Of a stretch of 64,000 nt of DNA, positions 23,326-38,300 are shown piece by piece (the stretch's first letter is position 1; each line of letters starts with the position of its first letter). This DNA comes from Tubulanus polymorphus (Eukaryota > Animalia > Nemertea). The notes beneath the pieces were generated by a model. The model ran no database searches and was not told the DNA's origin. It worked only from the letters and a program-made list of their open reading frames with translations. The DNA lies in NCBI RefSeq assembly GCF_964204645.1, contig NC_134026.1, positions 19,192,150 to 19,256,149 of the forward strand, in the 5' to 3' direction. A program made the translations under genes and the position numbers.

Positions 23326-26300
23326 CTGGAAGAAAATCAATTTTAATAGGTGAAATAAATGATTGTCAATGATCGAAATGAAATTGCAGTACCCTCCGTC
23401 TACTTTCGACTCTCCATTGCTTTGTTTTACGAACCATAACTACTTAGAAACTAGTAATGCTTGATAATCTAACAATTAATTTCAATATTCAACACCCTCT
23501 GGTGAATCTATATAGAATCCAATTGCTTTGAAACTCACCACAAACAGTCATGAGTTACAGCATGAAAATATGCATAAAGTATGGATATAAATGGATTTAC
23601 ATATCGTTTCAATATTCAACGCCCCTGGTAAACAATATATACAGAAACTTTGAATGACCCTGCAACTCACTAGAGAACACGTCATAAGCTAGATCTTTAC
23701 AATGGATTCTGATAACATTGTAAAGTTTACCAATATGAATGGATACACTATACTCATTCAATATTCAATCCCCCCCCCTCACCACAATCAGAGAACATGT
23801 CATGAGCTACAACTTTGGCATAGTGACATATATGAAAATATCATATCATTTCAATTATCAACTCCACCTGATGAAATTGCTGTTAATGACCTCACAACTG
23901 GTCACATAGAGATTTCATAATTGGTTACAGAATAGAAATGATTTCTTACTTGTAACAGATGAACTCATATTCATCTCCCTCTACTTCTGACTCAATGATG
24001 AAAACCTTATCTAAAAACCATCCAGGAGCTTGTCCACCACCATCATGACCGATAGTCAATTTGCTCAGTTCACCTAAGCCAACAGCTTCTATACTGAATT
24101 TATCAACCTAAAATGAAGATTCATGTCGTATCAATACATTCACACGTAAAAAAAATATTTAGTCCAAAACAATATCGATTTTCTCCAACCTTTCCAGTCT
24201 CGAATCGAGTACCCTCTTCTTGCGAAATGAGTAGGAAACGTTTACCACTGTCCCATTTTTCCCCATGAAGAATTACGTAAACTTGCGCATCCGTTCCCGA
24301 ATATTCATCATTCCCGGTGTGAGTAATCACTGTGTATTCAACAGCTACAAAACATTAAAAATAACAAATGACAACCAGATTTCATTAAAAATACTTGGTT
24401 TATCTTTTATGTGTACAATATGTATGGTGTACGCACTTTCCAAAGGTTTGTCTTCTTCACTCCAAGTGACCGGGAATTCACGAATGATATCACCATCTCC
24501 TTCGGTGACATCGAACCATCTATTAACTGGTATTTCTGCTTTTAGCTCATTGTTCTTGACATTTTCCAAAACGACCTGAAATCCAAAGAGCAACGATATT
24601 GAATAAGAGCGAGTGAAAAACAATAAGTCCAAGACGTCATTTTGAATTTGACAAAATCACACCTATTCTTGCACCGGTTACCAGTTTGTAAAAGAATTGA
24701 GTTTCAAGTCTTGAAAATTTTAGATGGTCTCGCTCTAAGTCATTTTTTAAACATCCTATCAGTATCACTGTATAAACCAAACAGGTCTTTGTATTTGGCT
24801 AACTTTTTATGGTTAAACATTGTCTTATATATTACTATGGTCACAGGGTAGGATCCAGGAAGAAGAACTTAGGGTCTAACCAAATATCTTTAGGGTAAAT
24901 TGATAAGAAAAGGGCATTCTGGCAGCACCTTACCGGTGTTGTTTAACAGAAATCACCCATTTTATTTTCTTTTTCCACAAAATTGTGCCAATTTTGAAAA
25001 TGGTCTTATGAATAAACGTGCTTAAGTAAAGTTTTAACTCAAATTTTAGGGTCTGAATCCGTCCCTGGTCACCATGCATTTTGGAATTCTTTGCTGTTTA
25101 AAATCAGAAGCTGCACCAGTCTAGTCGAGTTCAAAACCACAACCTAAGAGCTTTCTTATTCAGCTATAATTCAATCATTTATATATCTTGTTTCATGACA
25201 AAAAGCTTTTATCAACTAGTCAATTAGTTTATAATGAATTTTATGTACTTGTATAATGTACATGGCACTGATCCACAATGGAATGCAGTTTGTAAAAATG
25301 AATTATTATTATCATTTCCAAACACGGGATGCACATCAACTACCGGTGAGACAATGTCTGTGTAAGTGAAACAAGATCTATTTTCAACAGCCCATTTTCA
25401 AAAGGAAAAATCTATTACCTTTTCAAGTTTCCAACCGGAGGCACTTCCTTCATCATTGTGTTGTATTCGTATTTTTTGAATAGTTCCAACTTCATCAGCA
25501 CTGACAGTAACCTTTAATGATATATATTTAATATAAAGATATGAATGATGCAGCTGCTAACAAAGATGATTAAACCGAATGCAACGCAATAATCTTCATC
25601 AAATCACCTCAAATTCATCAGTTTGTCCTTGTTCAAATAAGCCACTGCTTCCTGCACCGAGTGGTATGAGACTAGTGCTACCTCTATCTCCAAACACTGT
25701 CAGAGAAACTTCTGCATCGGTGCCCGAAAATCCTTCATCAGCAGTATAAGTGTATACTTTCCATTTGTCGGCGTCTTCATCGATGATCTTCGTTAATTCA
25801 ATTTCCTTCTCTGCTGAGGTTAAATGATTGACTTGGTCATCAAATAACCAACTAAAAAGAAAAAAAAACACAAATCAGCACCAAATTTAAGCTTATTGCA
25901 TCTCAAACTGCTGATTGTTCCCTGTTTATCTAGTGAGTACTCAGAGAAAATATCAAACTACTCTTCGTCTTGGTATATTAAAGAGGAATATCCTAGTAGT
26001 TTTGATGCCTGTACCCAGTCTATGAAACTGGTCTTAGGACAAAGACTTTTTAAAAACATAGAAAGCGGGACGAACGAATGAAAGAATGGATGGACGACAA
26101 GACAAAAAGTGAATGCAATAGCCTGCTGGGATTAAAGCCGCAAGTGGGCTAAAAGCAGGTCCCAGTTGGTCAAAAGTTGGTTAGAGTTAAACAGTGGAAA
26201 GCTGACTAAGTGACAATCAAAAGTTCATTGTTACTACGGTATTTATCTGCCTGTTATCTTTAACCAACCTCTTGAGAAACTGGTCCCAGATTTGAGAAAC

Positions 26301-29300
26301 TGGACGTATCGGCCCCACTCCGCGCGGCTGCGCCACCGCGCAGGATTTACGTGAAGCAGCAAACACAAACATGGCCACTCTCTCAATTTTCAATGATAGA
26401 AATCGTGTGTGCATTTCAATTATTTCGGCTGTTAGGGTTTTAAGGCACAATATAAGTTGATGATGTGATATGGCGATGTTAATTAATGATAATTCCGCAG
26501 TGAAGCTAGTCACGAACGGTGCCGATTGAGTGTACAGCTGCCAAAAACACTGAAATGTGCGTAGTTGCGTAACTATTTGCAGTGAATTGCAGACGAAACA
26601 TGAAGCCTTAACGGCAGTTTAAAAAAAAATTATACCAATCGCAATTGTAAAATAAAAATGAGATAGAACCTTAAAATTCTGGCCATTTCTAAAATGTTAT
26701 TACCGGTACTAATTTTTAGTCAGTGCCGAACGTTTAGTTTTCCAACAATAATGAGGGGTGGTAGGTAGTCATGCAATTCAAGTCATCATTTATTACACGT
26801 TACTTCCGTGTTGTTGAAAATCTCGCGAGTCCTGGACTAAACCCCAATGAACAATGTGATCTGTGTGCTGGCCACAAATGCACACAGATCACACTACACT
26901 ACCCATTACACACTCCAGTACCCACAGCTTTCATATATCCATCCAAATATTTAGAGTGTCTTTCTTCCGGTATCCAGTTCCACAGTAATTGATTGAGGTT
27001 GACTCCAAGGTTAAAATTGGTCATTTCAAAATGTTCAATGAGCCAAATTTTACTTGAAAACTGTGGAATCGGGTACTGGTTTTCAAAATCTGTCACTGTC
27101 GATAGAAATAGCAATATATACCTGTTGTTGTCAAATTGGTATATAATCTTATCATCCTTTGCTTCTTTGATGAGGATTTGGTGCAAAAACCATCCGGATC
27201 CTTCCCCTCGACCATCGTGACCAACGATGATTTTCGTTAATTCTCTTAGATCAACAGCGGCAATCGTGAACGCATCCGTCTGAAATGAGAAATCGAATGA
27301 ATTGATTACGGTAGCTCAAACTGCATCACTAACATATGTGATATTTTGCATAGTTCAAAGAAATAGGTTGTATCCCCTTACTATCTGAAGTTCTGCTTTA
27401 CTGGTTAGCTTAAAGTTCTACCTAGCTAGTCAAATATTATGTGTAAGAATAGTAATGTAACAACAAGTAGTTTAATGAAGTATTTGGTATCAAATAATAT
27501 GGAGCTTATCACTACTAAAGATAAAGCAGTGGGACACCCTTATTAGCAACAGTGAGAAATGGTTTGATCATTCAAGCTCTTTAAATATTAAAATCTTTAT
27601 GCAGGGGTGCTTTCAAAACAATTTGGTAAACTTATGATCAGAAATGCTTCAGTAGGTTGATTGTATTGAACTGTAAAATAGAAATTCCAAAAATTTATCT
27701 CTATAAAGCTATTCAGTAACATGGATTTCTGATAGCTCTGGATCCAAAGTTGAGTATGGATATTTCACAATGTTCTTCCATCAAATCAAGCAAGTGAAAA
27801 TCAATACACATGTGTTACCTGACTTTTTTCAAATTTCTTCTCAGTATTCAAGCTTTTCTTCAACAGTCGTTTTCCTGTGTCACCGCGTTCACCAAATATT
27901 TGTAAATGGGCATTTGATTCACTTCCAGCAAACTCCAGATCACCCGTGAATACCTCCACATAGTAATGTTTGACTAGAATGATACAATGATACGATGAGA
28001 TGAATTCAACTTCTGAACCAACAAATTCATGGCAAAACATCATCGAAGACTCTAGCCTAAATTCAAGTAGGCCCGCAGAATAAGGGAAATATCAAGGGTG
28101 TCATTCTCAGAAAGAAAATTTCGACCAAAACACTGATCTAAGTAGAGTACAGCCTAAATAAATATCCTATAAAGGACTAAAATGTAAAATAGTAGCTCCA
28201 GGTCATTTGATTTAAAACTAAACCAGGAAATCACATGTGTTAGATATAGAACTATTTCAGTAGCAACGATATTTACTGGCAACAGTAGGACAAAATATCA
28301 AAGCGTTTTCACACCATCGTTTTCAACTAGGGGTCCAGGTGCACTGATAATTTCAATATGCAATGCTTCCTGGTGAACAAATACAGAAACCAATGACCAT
28401 GAAATAGAAAATGTCATGAGCTACAACCTTGCAATTGGTAACAAAATATGAATAGATCCCAATCTAAATGGAAATACGATGTAAATTGTCATCCAACGCC
28501 CCCTGAAGGTATGCATGAGTCAATGACTTTGAAAATCACCAAAATCATACGAAGTCTCATGATCTACAACTTCAAAACAAATGTTCTAATGAAAACTTCA
28601 AGTCTCGATTTTGCCAAAACAACAATGGCCATACAATAACTATCTTAATTGGACCGATTGGGAAAATTTTTTTGGCTGCAGATACATCTAGAGTAGATAC
28701 ATATACAAACCAAATATCACAAATTTTATGTACAGACAAATGGACAACTAGAAAGAAACTTCAAAAGAGGACGTTCGTTTGTGAAACGCATGTAGACCCA
28801 GACACCTCCCACATTGATTGGAAAATTTGAATACCGGCTATTCAAGTGTCATCCTACTGCGTAATTCAAAAATTATTCTTTGGGATTCAAAAATCGAGGA
28901 ATCAACCATAAATTCTGCCATAAGTTTTACATCTATTCAAAAAATTGAGTAGGAGGCCGGTGAAGGTTTTAACGTTTTAAGTTAGTTCTCATGAGACTGA
29001 ATGCAAGTGGATTTAGGGTAGACTAGTCCTACCCTTCAGAATTTGAATTTGCCCACCAAAAAGTATTTGACTAGATTTTCTAAGCAAAAATAAATCCAAA
29101 TGGCATAAAATACCCCTTTCGGTCCTATATATTCGGAGGGCCAAAGGAACCCCACCAATGTTTGCCTTGCACTTAGATAACCATAAAATAAAAGTAGTCA
29201 GGAAGTATTAATGGCAAGAAAACTTGAGTAAAATATTTATTAAACACATTTTATAACAGGATATGATCTGTAGTCAAATGTGTGTCTGCCAGATGATGTT

Positions 29301-32300
29301 TCTTCTAGGCTGTTTATATCCTAAAAATTAAAAAAAACAAAAACAGCGACAATAGATATTTCAATACATGTCCCCTGGACAAGAATTATTTCAGAGAGAG
29401 TCTATAAAACGTGAATACTTGATTGTACAATCTAATGGCATAGCAGTTGGCTCCAGTTGAAAAATCATTGGACAAAAGAAAAAATCAAAAAAGTTTTGGC
29501 GCCAAAAAATCTAATTTGTTGCCAGGTTTGTTTACACATGTGCGCGATGCACGTGGTTATATTATTGTTTACATCTGACGTCATGGGCAGATCGCAAGCC
29601 CCGCCCCACGTGTCAATCAAATGGCTTATAGGCAAAATGTTAAAAGAACCCTACTAAAAAAACTATGCAGTGTAACAATCCAGGATTTTCGGTACGGAAT
29701 CCGACGTCAAATACCTTCCTATTAAAGGTTTTTTGGTGTATATCGGATAAATAATAATTATGATATTCACTTCATAAAATTTGAAGTGGATTGCTTCCGA
29801 TTCATGGCGGCTGTATTTAGTCACGTAGGTCAAACTGACAGCATGTGTGTGCGTGTCGAGCGGACCATTGCGTAATTTTCAATGCTGCGAACGTCTCTAG
29901 ATTCTCACAGGGCCTCTATGCGCTTACAAAGAATTAAGTTACCATATATGTTGACACTCACCTTTAAAGAGACTTCGTACAGTCCTCTAAAGTTAACATC
30001 CACGATACAACGATTTTAAAAATGGCACTTCTGTCGATCACTATACCCTCTACGTCATAAGCAACACGTGATGTGTGATGTCACACAAACGGCGTGAAGA
30101 GCATTTTTTCAAGAGGGCACAGCAAAAACTAACCAACTATTTTTAACCAAATTCAATCCCAACTTGAAGACACCATTTCTGATGCGGAATTTGAGGAAAT
30201 CTCTAACTAACTGGCTTTAAAACGACCTTAAACGTCTGTCAACCAAATCGGAAGTGCGTCATCAACTGGCAAACCGATCACATAAGGACGTTCGTCTAAC
30301 GAACATCCTAAAAAGGGAATATAATTACCACTGGGGCTTCACCCCTAGTGGGCTTAAGATATCCTTCTCCCTAACCTTTAAGCATGTCATCCTTCTTTTC
30401 TTTACTGACAGCAATTTCAACGATACCATCAGACTCATCGTTCACTCGAATCCAATCACTGAAGTCAAACGAATAGGAAGCACTAGTCTCTTCTTCTCTC
30501 AAAAGTACCTGAAAATAATTGCAGCCTAAACCGTTAGAATCCCCAGTTGAATAAATTATTCTGATGAAGGGATTATAGGGTCATTTACTCATGGGATAGT
30601 TATTTCCCCAGAAAATAAGGGTCCAGTTTGGATATTTTGTATTTCTTATGCTGGATATTTACTATGCTGAATGTTGCTCTTTTGGGGTGTTTTCAAGAAT
30701 CCTTGTTTAAAATTCCACGCTTCATAAGCATTACCAGGTACTGGTATTCATACTCACATCTTCAAGAAACCAAGCAACTTCATCAGCGGATCCGGACAAG
30801 TGAAGACGAATTTTGTAAACAGGGCCAATTTCTTGTTTAACAGTTATCTACAAAATCGAACATACATAAAATTATTTGTCTTTCACATTGGCAATCTATG
30901 AACTGGAAGAGAGAAATTCTTTAAGTGGATTGTGGATCATTTACAGACCAATACAAAAGAAATTGGCAATAATGTTTGTCAGGTGAGCAGATTATGGTAA
31001 ACATTACCATATATGAAATCACAGATTTTTTTATTACAGAACTCGGCTTTCAAAATTTCATTCAGATCTTACATCAAACTCATTGGTCTTCAGCTCTTCA
31101 AACTGGACACCTTCTTCTGCACCAAGAGGCACCATATCTGAGACACCATTATCTCCATAGATAACCATAAATAAACTAGCAGTAGTACTGCCACCAGCAC
31201 CGGTCTTGGTCCACACCTTCCATTTATTAGCTATATTAAATAGATTAATAAGTTAGATATCCATGAAGCATTTCTCAACCATGACGTATGAATTTACCTC
31301 AAGGTCAGTCAATTTGAGCAGAAAAAGTGTATGTTCCCATGTACGCATGTATTGTGCATCACCATTGATTGAGTTTATAGACTTACTTGGAGGAGTGTCA
31401 TCAAGAATTTCAGTGAGGAACAATGTTTTTTCAGTGAGATTATCTTCACTGCCATCAAACAGCCATCTTAAAAAAATTTGAATGTAGAATTATAAGACAA
31501 AATGTAGAAACTGATAAGCCACGATTGACATGATGTATACCGTATTTTCTGGTGTGTAAGTCGAGTTTTTGAGACCAAAAATCATGTCCAAAAAAACGTA
31601 GGTCGACTTATACACCGGCTACACTTTCGATATCGTTTTAAACTGATGATGTTTAGAGTTCAAGGTCGCCATGATGAAATGGAATATTAATTTATGTTAG
31701 GCTACACTCATATACCAATTAGAATTTAGGATGTTGATAAAAATAGTTTCTTATAGTTTGGAAATGTTTCAAAATTAACTAATGTTAAAAATCAAAAGAG
31801 AAAGAAAACCGCGTATATTCATTGTACAGTGTTTATATAAGCCGCGATGCTGTGGCAGCATGCCAATAATCAATACACAGTCAGTCTAATACTAGACAAC
31901 AGGCGCGCGGCATTCAATGTATATACACTATACATTCAACACATGGATACAAATAATGAGCACTAATCCGGTAATTTAATATTAGAAACAACAGATCCCA
32001 ATGATCTAATAATGCAAACAGTGGTAAAGACTCTCAACTACTATGACAATGAGATCGGCACTGTTTTCAATGCGACATATATAAACACATGAAGAAGAGA
32101 CTCGACTTATACACCGACTATAGCCCTAGCACAACTTTTTAAACTGAAAATTTGACCTCGACTTATACACCGGGTCGACTTGTACACCGGAAAATACGGT
32201 ACGTACCGTTCGTTAAGAAACAGGTATCGTTTGGTGTCATCCTTGTTTTCTCTGATGATGATCTTATCCAGGTACCATCCAGATCCTGTAATTTTACCGT

Positions 32301-35300
32301 CATAACTGACCACTAATTTCGTCAATTCATTCAAATCAACGGCATTTATCATAAACACATCCATCTGAAAATACCGAATTGTTATGCATATCAGCCATTT
32401 TTAGTCGAAAACGAAGTTTAGTTACATAGCAGCCCAGTAGAACTAGGGGTCCAGGGACACCATGCCCACTTGGGAAATGGTTTCAAATGCTCAACAATCT
32501 AACAATTTCAATATTCAACGCCCCCTGGTGACCATTTACAAAAACCAACGACCTTGAAACTCACCAAAATCATAGAACATGTCAGCAGCTACGATTTTGT
32601 AATTGATTGTGATATATGCCTCGTTACCAATTTAATATGGAAATACTAAGTCATTCTACTAGTCAACGCCCCCTGGTGACCATATTCAAAACCCAATGAC
32701 CTCGAAACTCACCACAATCATAGAACATGTCATGAACTACAACTTTGCAATTGATCATGGTAACAAAATATGCCTAGGTACCAATATAATAAGGAAATAC
32801 TAAGTTATTCTACTATTCAACGCCCCCTGGTGACCATATAGAAAAACTAATGTCCTTAAAACTCACAACAATCATAGATGATGTCATGAGCTACAACTTT
32901 CCAATTGATTGTGGTTACAAAATATGCATAGGTACGAATATAATAAAGAAATGCTAAGATATTGTATTATTCAACACCCCCTGGTGGCCATATACGAAAT
33001 CCAATTACCTTGAAACTCACCACAATAATAGAACACGTTATGAGCTACAACTTTTTAATTGATTGTGGTATCAAAATACGCTTAGGTATGAATATAATGT
33101 GGAAAAACTTTTTCCCACTTACGAATGAGTACTGCTGACACCAAGATGGCCGCCAATTGCGTCATAATTGGCTGATGAAAAATACCTGTCTGAGGTATAA
33201 AACATCCCTTTCCAAAGAATACCCATCACAAATTGCAATGAGAAATGGTAAACCAGTAGGAAGCTACAGGACTCAGAATTCGGGCAAAAATTAACATTTT
33301 TGGGCACTAAAAAGGTCATAGGACGGCCATCTTGAGTCCGACCGACCCAATTTTTGTTTCGTTGATGGGCCCTGGGGGGATTCATATATATCCGAAAGAT
33401 CAAGGTAATTGATCGAAGCGTCTTCAAAATTTCCCTCAAAAAGTTCAAAAATGTGTAAAAAGTGCTGATTTTGGCGAACAACAATGGCTGCCAGTCGGCC
33501 ATCTTGATTCTGACAGGGCCAGTTTTTGGGCTGAAGATGTGTCTAGGGTAGATACACGTGTAACCCAAATATCAAGACGTTACCTTGAAGCGTCTTCAAA
33601 ACTTCCCAAAATAACTGGATTCCGTCTACGGACGGACGAACGACGGACGAAAAGTGAACGCAATAGCCCGCTGGGACTAAAGTCCCAAGTGGGCTAAAAA
33701 TGTAATCATCCTTATGACTTGTTTCTATTGGTTTAAAGTGGATAAGGAGGTATCAAGACACTCCTCTAGATTTTGAAGGGCCCTCAGAATAGAATTCCTG
33801 AAATACTGAAATCCAATGAAAACACTTATCACTTTATCCTACAGCGTTACTCGTTTGTACCTTATTTTCAAAATTTGTTTTGGGGATTTAAGGTGACACA
33901 CTGGCTGAGTGAATAGCTTAAGGAATGCTAATTTTGATTCCGAGGAATTATACTATGACGCATTATACATACTTGACCACGCTCAAACTTGTTTCTTCCG
34001 GTTTCAATATTCTCTCTCTTCAGAAGACACCGCTTTCCAGAGTCGCCTCTAGCACCAAATAATTGCAAGTTTACAGAGGCCTCAATCGATGCAGATTCGT
34101 TATCACCAGTGTAAACCTCTACGTAGTACTGATTAACTGAAAATACAAGTGCGATAACTCTTAAGTTTTTCATTTTTCAGCTGCTTTTCTTCACAATCAA
34201 ATCTAAATATACAGGGCCCACTTCCATAGATATCAGTTAGAGTTAAAACAAGTCTATTTGCGATGTTTTAACCATATAGTAAAATCTTGAATCAAAACTG
34301 TGGATCTGCATCTTGGCATAGCATTTGAGAGATACATGTATTTTATGAAACATTTGATGCACATCCTTCCTCAGCGAGATTGGGATTGCTCGCCAGCTTC
34401 AGTTAATAACTTAAATAACTTTTTCAAAGCGTTTGAAAGTCCATTAAAGTGACATTAGACAGAGTATATTTATGCATGTACCGGTACCTTTCAAACGTTC
34501 CTCTTCATTTTCTTTGTCAAGAGCAATTTCCAGATGACCATCATTTTCGTCATCCAAATACATCCACTGATTAACAGTGAATTTAAAGTGTTGGTCATAC
34601 TTCTCTTCATGAAGGTCAACCTAATCGAAGAAACAAAGCGAAAAGAATATTTTCATTTACAAAAATGAGTCAAAGTCATACACACAGTCTATAAAGGGTT
34701 GCAGTTACTTACTGATTCGATGAACCAGGTGCATGGTTTTTCTGGACCTGATAACGCAAAACGCAACTTATACAAAGTACCGACATCTTCTTCAGATATC
34801 ACCTTTATGTAAAAAGGAATTACAATGAGAAAAACTATCATGGCTTCCCTAAATAAATGAACAAATGCATACGAAATGCAAATGTAGGAATAGAAAACAA
34901 CTATTTTCATGTCAACTAAAACTTACATTGAATTCATCTTGCTTGCCATTCTCGAATAAGAATCCTCCATCATCTTCATTCGTAAGGTTAAGTATTTCTG
35001 AGTGAGCCTTATCACCATACATGACCATTGATACATTTGCCTTGACACCAGACCCTTCATCCTTTCCTGTCAGAATTTGAACTTTCCACGAATGACCTGT
35101 AAAATCCACAGAAATATGTGAAACTTATATTTCATCTATAAATCAAATCACTGCATACAACTTCAAAATCCTTTTTATGTACACTTACCTTTTGGGGCCG
35201 GCTCTAAGATGCGTTCAATTAATTGATCATCTTCACCAGCATCCAACCATCGTTTACAGTTAAACATCTTACTCCATTCATCACCTTCTTTCACGACAAC

Positions 35301-38300
35301 ATTATCGAGAAACATTCCAGAGCCTATAAAGATATGAGTAAAAACATTTCAATGACAAAGCCTGTTTTCACATATTTCCAGCATCAATAATTTCTTCAGT
35401 CATGACATAGTTGGCAATATCATTCAGAATTGTCAAATGAGTGATGCGAATGAAGCTATGTTAGCCGCACACCCAGTCCCACAGTAACACCTATAAGTCA
35501 AGAGTTGAAATCCATTCATTTCAAATGTCGCGATTCTGGAGTCCAATTTCAACTGTGGAACTAGATCCTGTGCTCTATGCCAGCCAATGAAGGGACCTGT
35601 AATTGCCATTGCCAAAGTTGGAACCCCGAAGCAGAAAATAAGAACGAAAAACTTGTAGCGGTAATGGTGGCGGAGGCAAAAATATTCTGTGTTGATAAAA
35701 GTGATTGCGTATGTATAAAGCTACATGCCCGGCAGTAAATCTATTTCAGCTGGTTAGTAGTAAACTATGGTAAATGAAGGATGTTTTATCATTTCTATCC
35801 AGCATATTTCATCAAACGTTATTGTGAAATCAGTGTATGGATTGTGCGATAAGAATAGAATTTGTTGACTACAACGCTAGACTCAAGCGATTTATACGAG
35901 GTCAGAAAAACATTTCACAAACGAAAATTCGAAAAATTATCTGTCTGTACGTAAGGGACAGGTTAGAAACATTGAAAGAACGCTGAAACCTTGTTTGTTT
36001 TGTATTGACCAGCCAATAGATTTGTGGCCATCATCTTCAAGTACTGACACTGCAGCACCTTGGGTTACTACGATATTCTCAAGAAACCAACCACTACCTA
36101 CAACACATGCGAAAAACATGCATCGTCCCTTGTACTCCTCGATCATTAAGATGCAGGGTGTAATAAGGTCAGGGTTGATAGAAAACATCTATGATTACAC
36201 AAAGTCACCTAACCTGGCTCAGTTCCATCGTGTCCAATTGTCACCTTGTTGACATCGAGTAATGAAACGGCTTCTATTTCAAATTCGTCGACCTGAAACC
36301 AGATAGATTTTCATTATTGGTAGTGTGTACATCAAGTACAACAGCAGTGTTAGATTTTTCCGACCTATTACACACTGCTAAAATTCATCTTGGACTTCGA
36401 AAAATCCCTTTGTGCATGGGAACCATCAATTTTATACCATGTGATTGTACAGTGAAACTCACTAATGTCACTAAGACCTTAGAGTAATCATTTGATAAAT
36501 GACATAGACGTATACGTACACGTACATGTATACTTATACATATAGATATATACATAAATGACGTACATGACCAGCATGGAACTTGTTTTCGTTGTTTAAC
36601 GATTTCTTCAGGTAGCGTTTTCCTGAGGTTCCACGTTCACCATGGAGAATGATGTACACATTGGCGTCTGTTCCAGCATTATCTACACCGCCAGTAGCCA
36701 CTTGTACGTGATATTTCAAAACTGAAAAGATTTGCAGCGCACTTCACCAAGCATGTAAATTGAGAGAAATAAATCGAAAGAATTCCATTTCAAACAGCTT
36801 TTGCACAACTGGCCCATTATGCTTATATATCTTACCAGGTAAACTATCTTCTTCAGATAAAGTCAATGGTATTTCCGTCCAAGTATCAATCTCATTGTTA
36901 CATTTCAACCAATGATCGTATTCTACAGAGTAAACCTCTTTCGTCACGTTGTTTGTGAAGTTAATTGTGTTTATTTGACATGAATCACTGGCCCATTGAT
37001 CTTCAAATCCTATTCGAGCCTTGAATACTTTCCCAATATTTTCTTGAACAGCGACCTGCAATAAATATATACAGTTATAACACATAAACAAAGGCACTCA
37101 ACCTTGAAGTAAAAGGTTATTCAGACTTAATAATTCTTCTAAGCATGTAACGCACAATCAACCTGAACTTCATGTACATGTACATATGGGCATCCATACA
37201 TCGTGGAAAGTTTCCATAGAACTATTTAGTATGTCTTCATAGGTCATTAGGTCTTTTCAAGAATAATTTGCACACGTATTGATGCATATTTACTGTTATT
37301 AGTTTGTGTGCATACTGGTAAGTTATTTCGCAAATGCAATGAAAATACCTCAAACTGATCCACTCCATCTTTCTGCAGGATATCTTTCACAGTTGATTTT
37401 ACCAAAGGAAGGAGTGCACTTTCACCCTTTTCACCACACAGGACAACGATGACTTGTCCATTGGTACCAGCTTCAGGATCAGAGCCAGTTTGTGTCCAAA
37501 TTAACCATTCACCTTCTAAAAGACCATAAATAAATGTATCTGCTACACCATAATCGATATATGACGTCATGCGCAACAGCGCCAGTAATGAAATCACGCT
37601 TCGTGAGGCCAGGGGGCTTGTGGAAGCGAGTTCGGGAGTGATACTGGACCCCTGGCAAGCGAGGATGCTGCTACACAGGCTTTGGATGAATTTTCCATTG
37701 TCCCAGCTTGATGTGGCCTACTTAGATAAATTCATCAACTAAACATGACAAAATGTATTTCTATAAATCTAACCTTGTGCTGGTTTGTTTATTGGTCGAG
37801 ATTCAGTCAGTTCAATATCTACTTCAGCTTCTTCCTGATCTGCACCAACAGTACTGAAACAACATCCCGGTATCTTTAAAATGTCTTTTTCAAATACAAT
37901 TTAGGCATGTTGGGTTTTACAAAAAGCCTTTGATAAACACAACTGTCCCGCAAATGATTTTGTCAAAATACTGAACCTTAAGGGATCATTCATTTATTAC
38001 GTACGCATTAGGGGAGAGGGAGGGTCAGTGCAATTGCGTACTGTAATGTATATGAAAAAATGGCCGATTATTGGATAGAAAAAGTCAAATTTCATGTGTA
38101 CGTAATAAATGAATGATCCCTAAGGATAAATCATAATTTCTAACATTATAAATGAACATCTAAACTGCACTTACTCTCCATATTTAAAGACAAATTCTTT
38201 GTCAACATTTTCGTCTTTCCATATAATAATCTCTCTTATATACACAGGATCACCAGTTTCCTTCATGAGAACCACACGTTTAAGGTGACCGAGCGCCACA

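Noticed and set aside
31298-31386. Open-frame extension of exon PLAT10c to a downstream donor
   Set aside because: That donor is phase 0, incompatible with the next exon; the gtaagt donor at 31386 fits
32516-33110. Regularly spaced repeats resembling a CRISPR array
   Set aside because: Whole ~150-bp units are homologous (no unique spacers), the context is eukaryotic, and there are no cas genes
33119-33568. 149-aa ORF
   Set aside because: Lies inside the non-autonomous Helentron-like element; no Rep/helicase or other motifs seen
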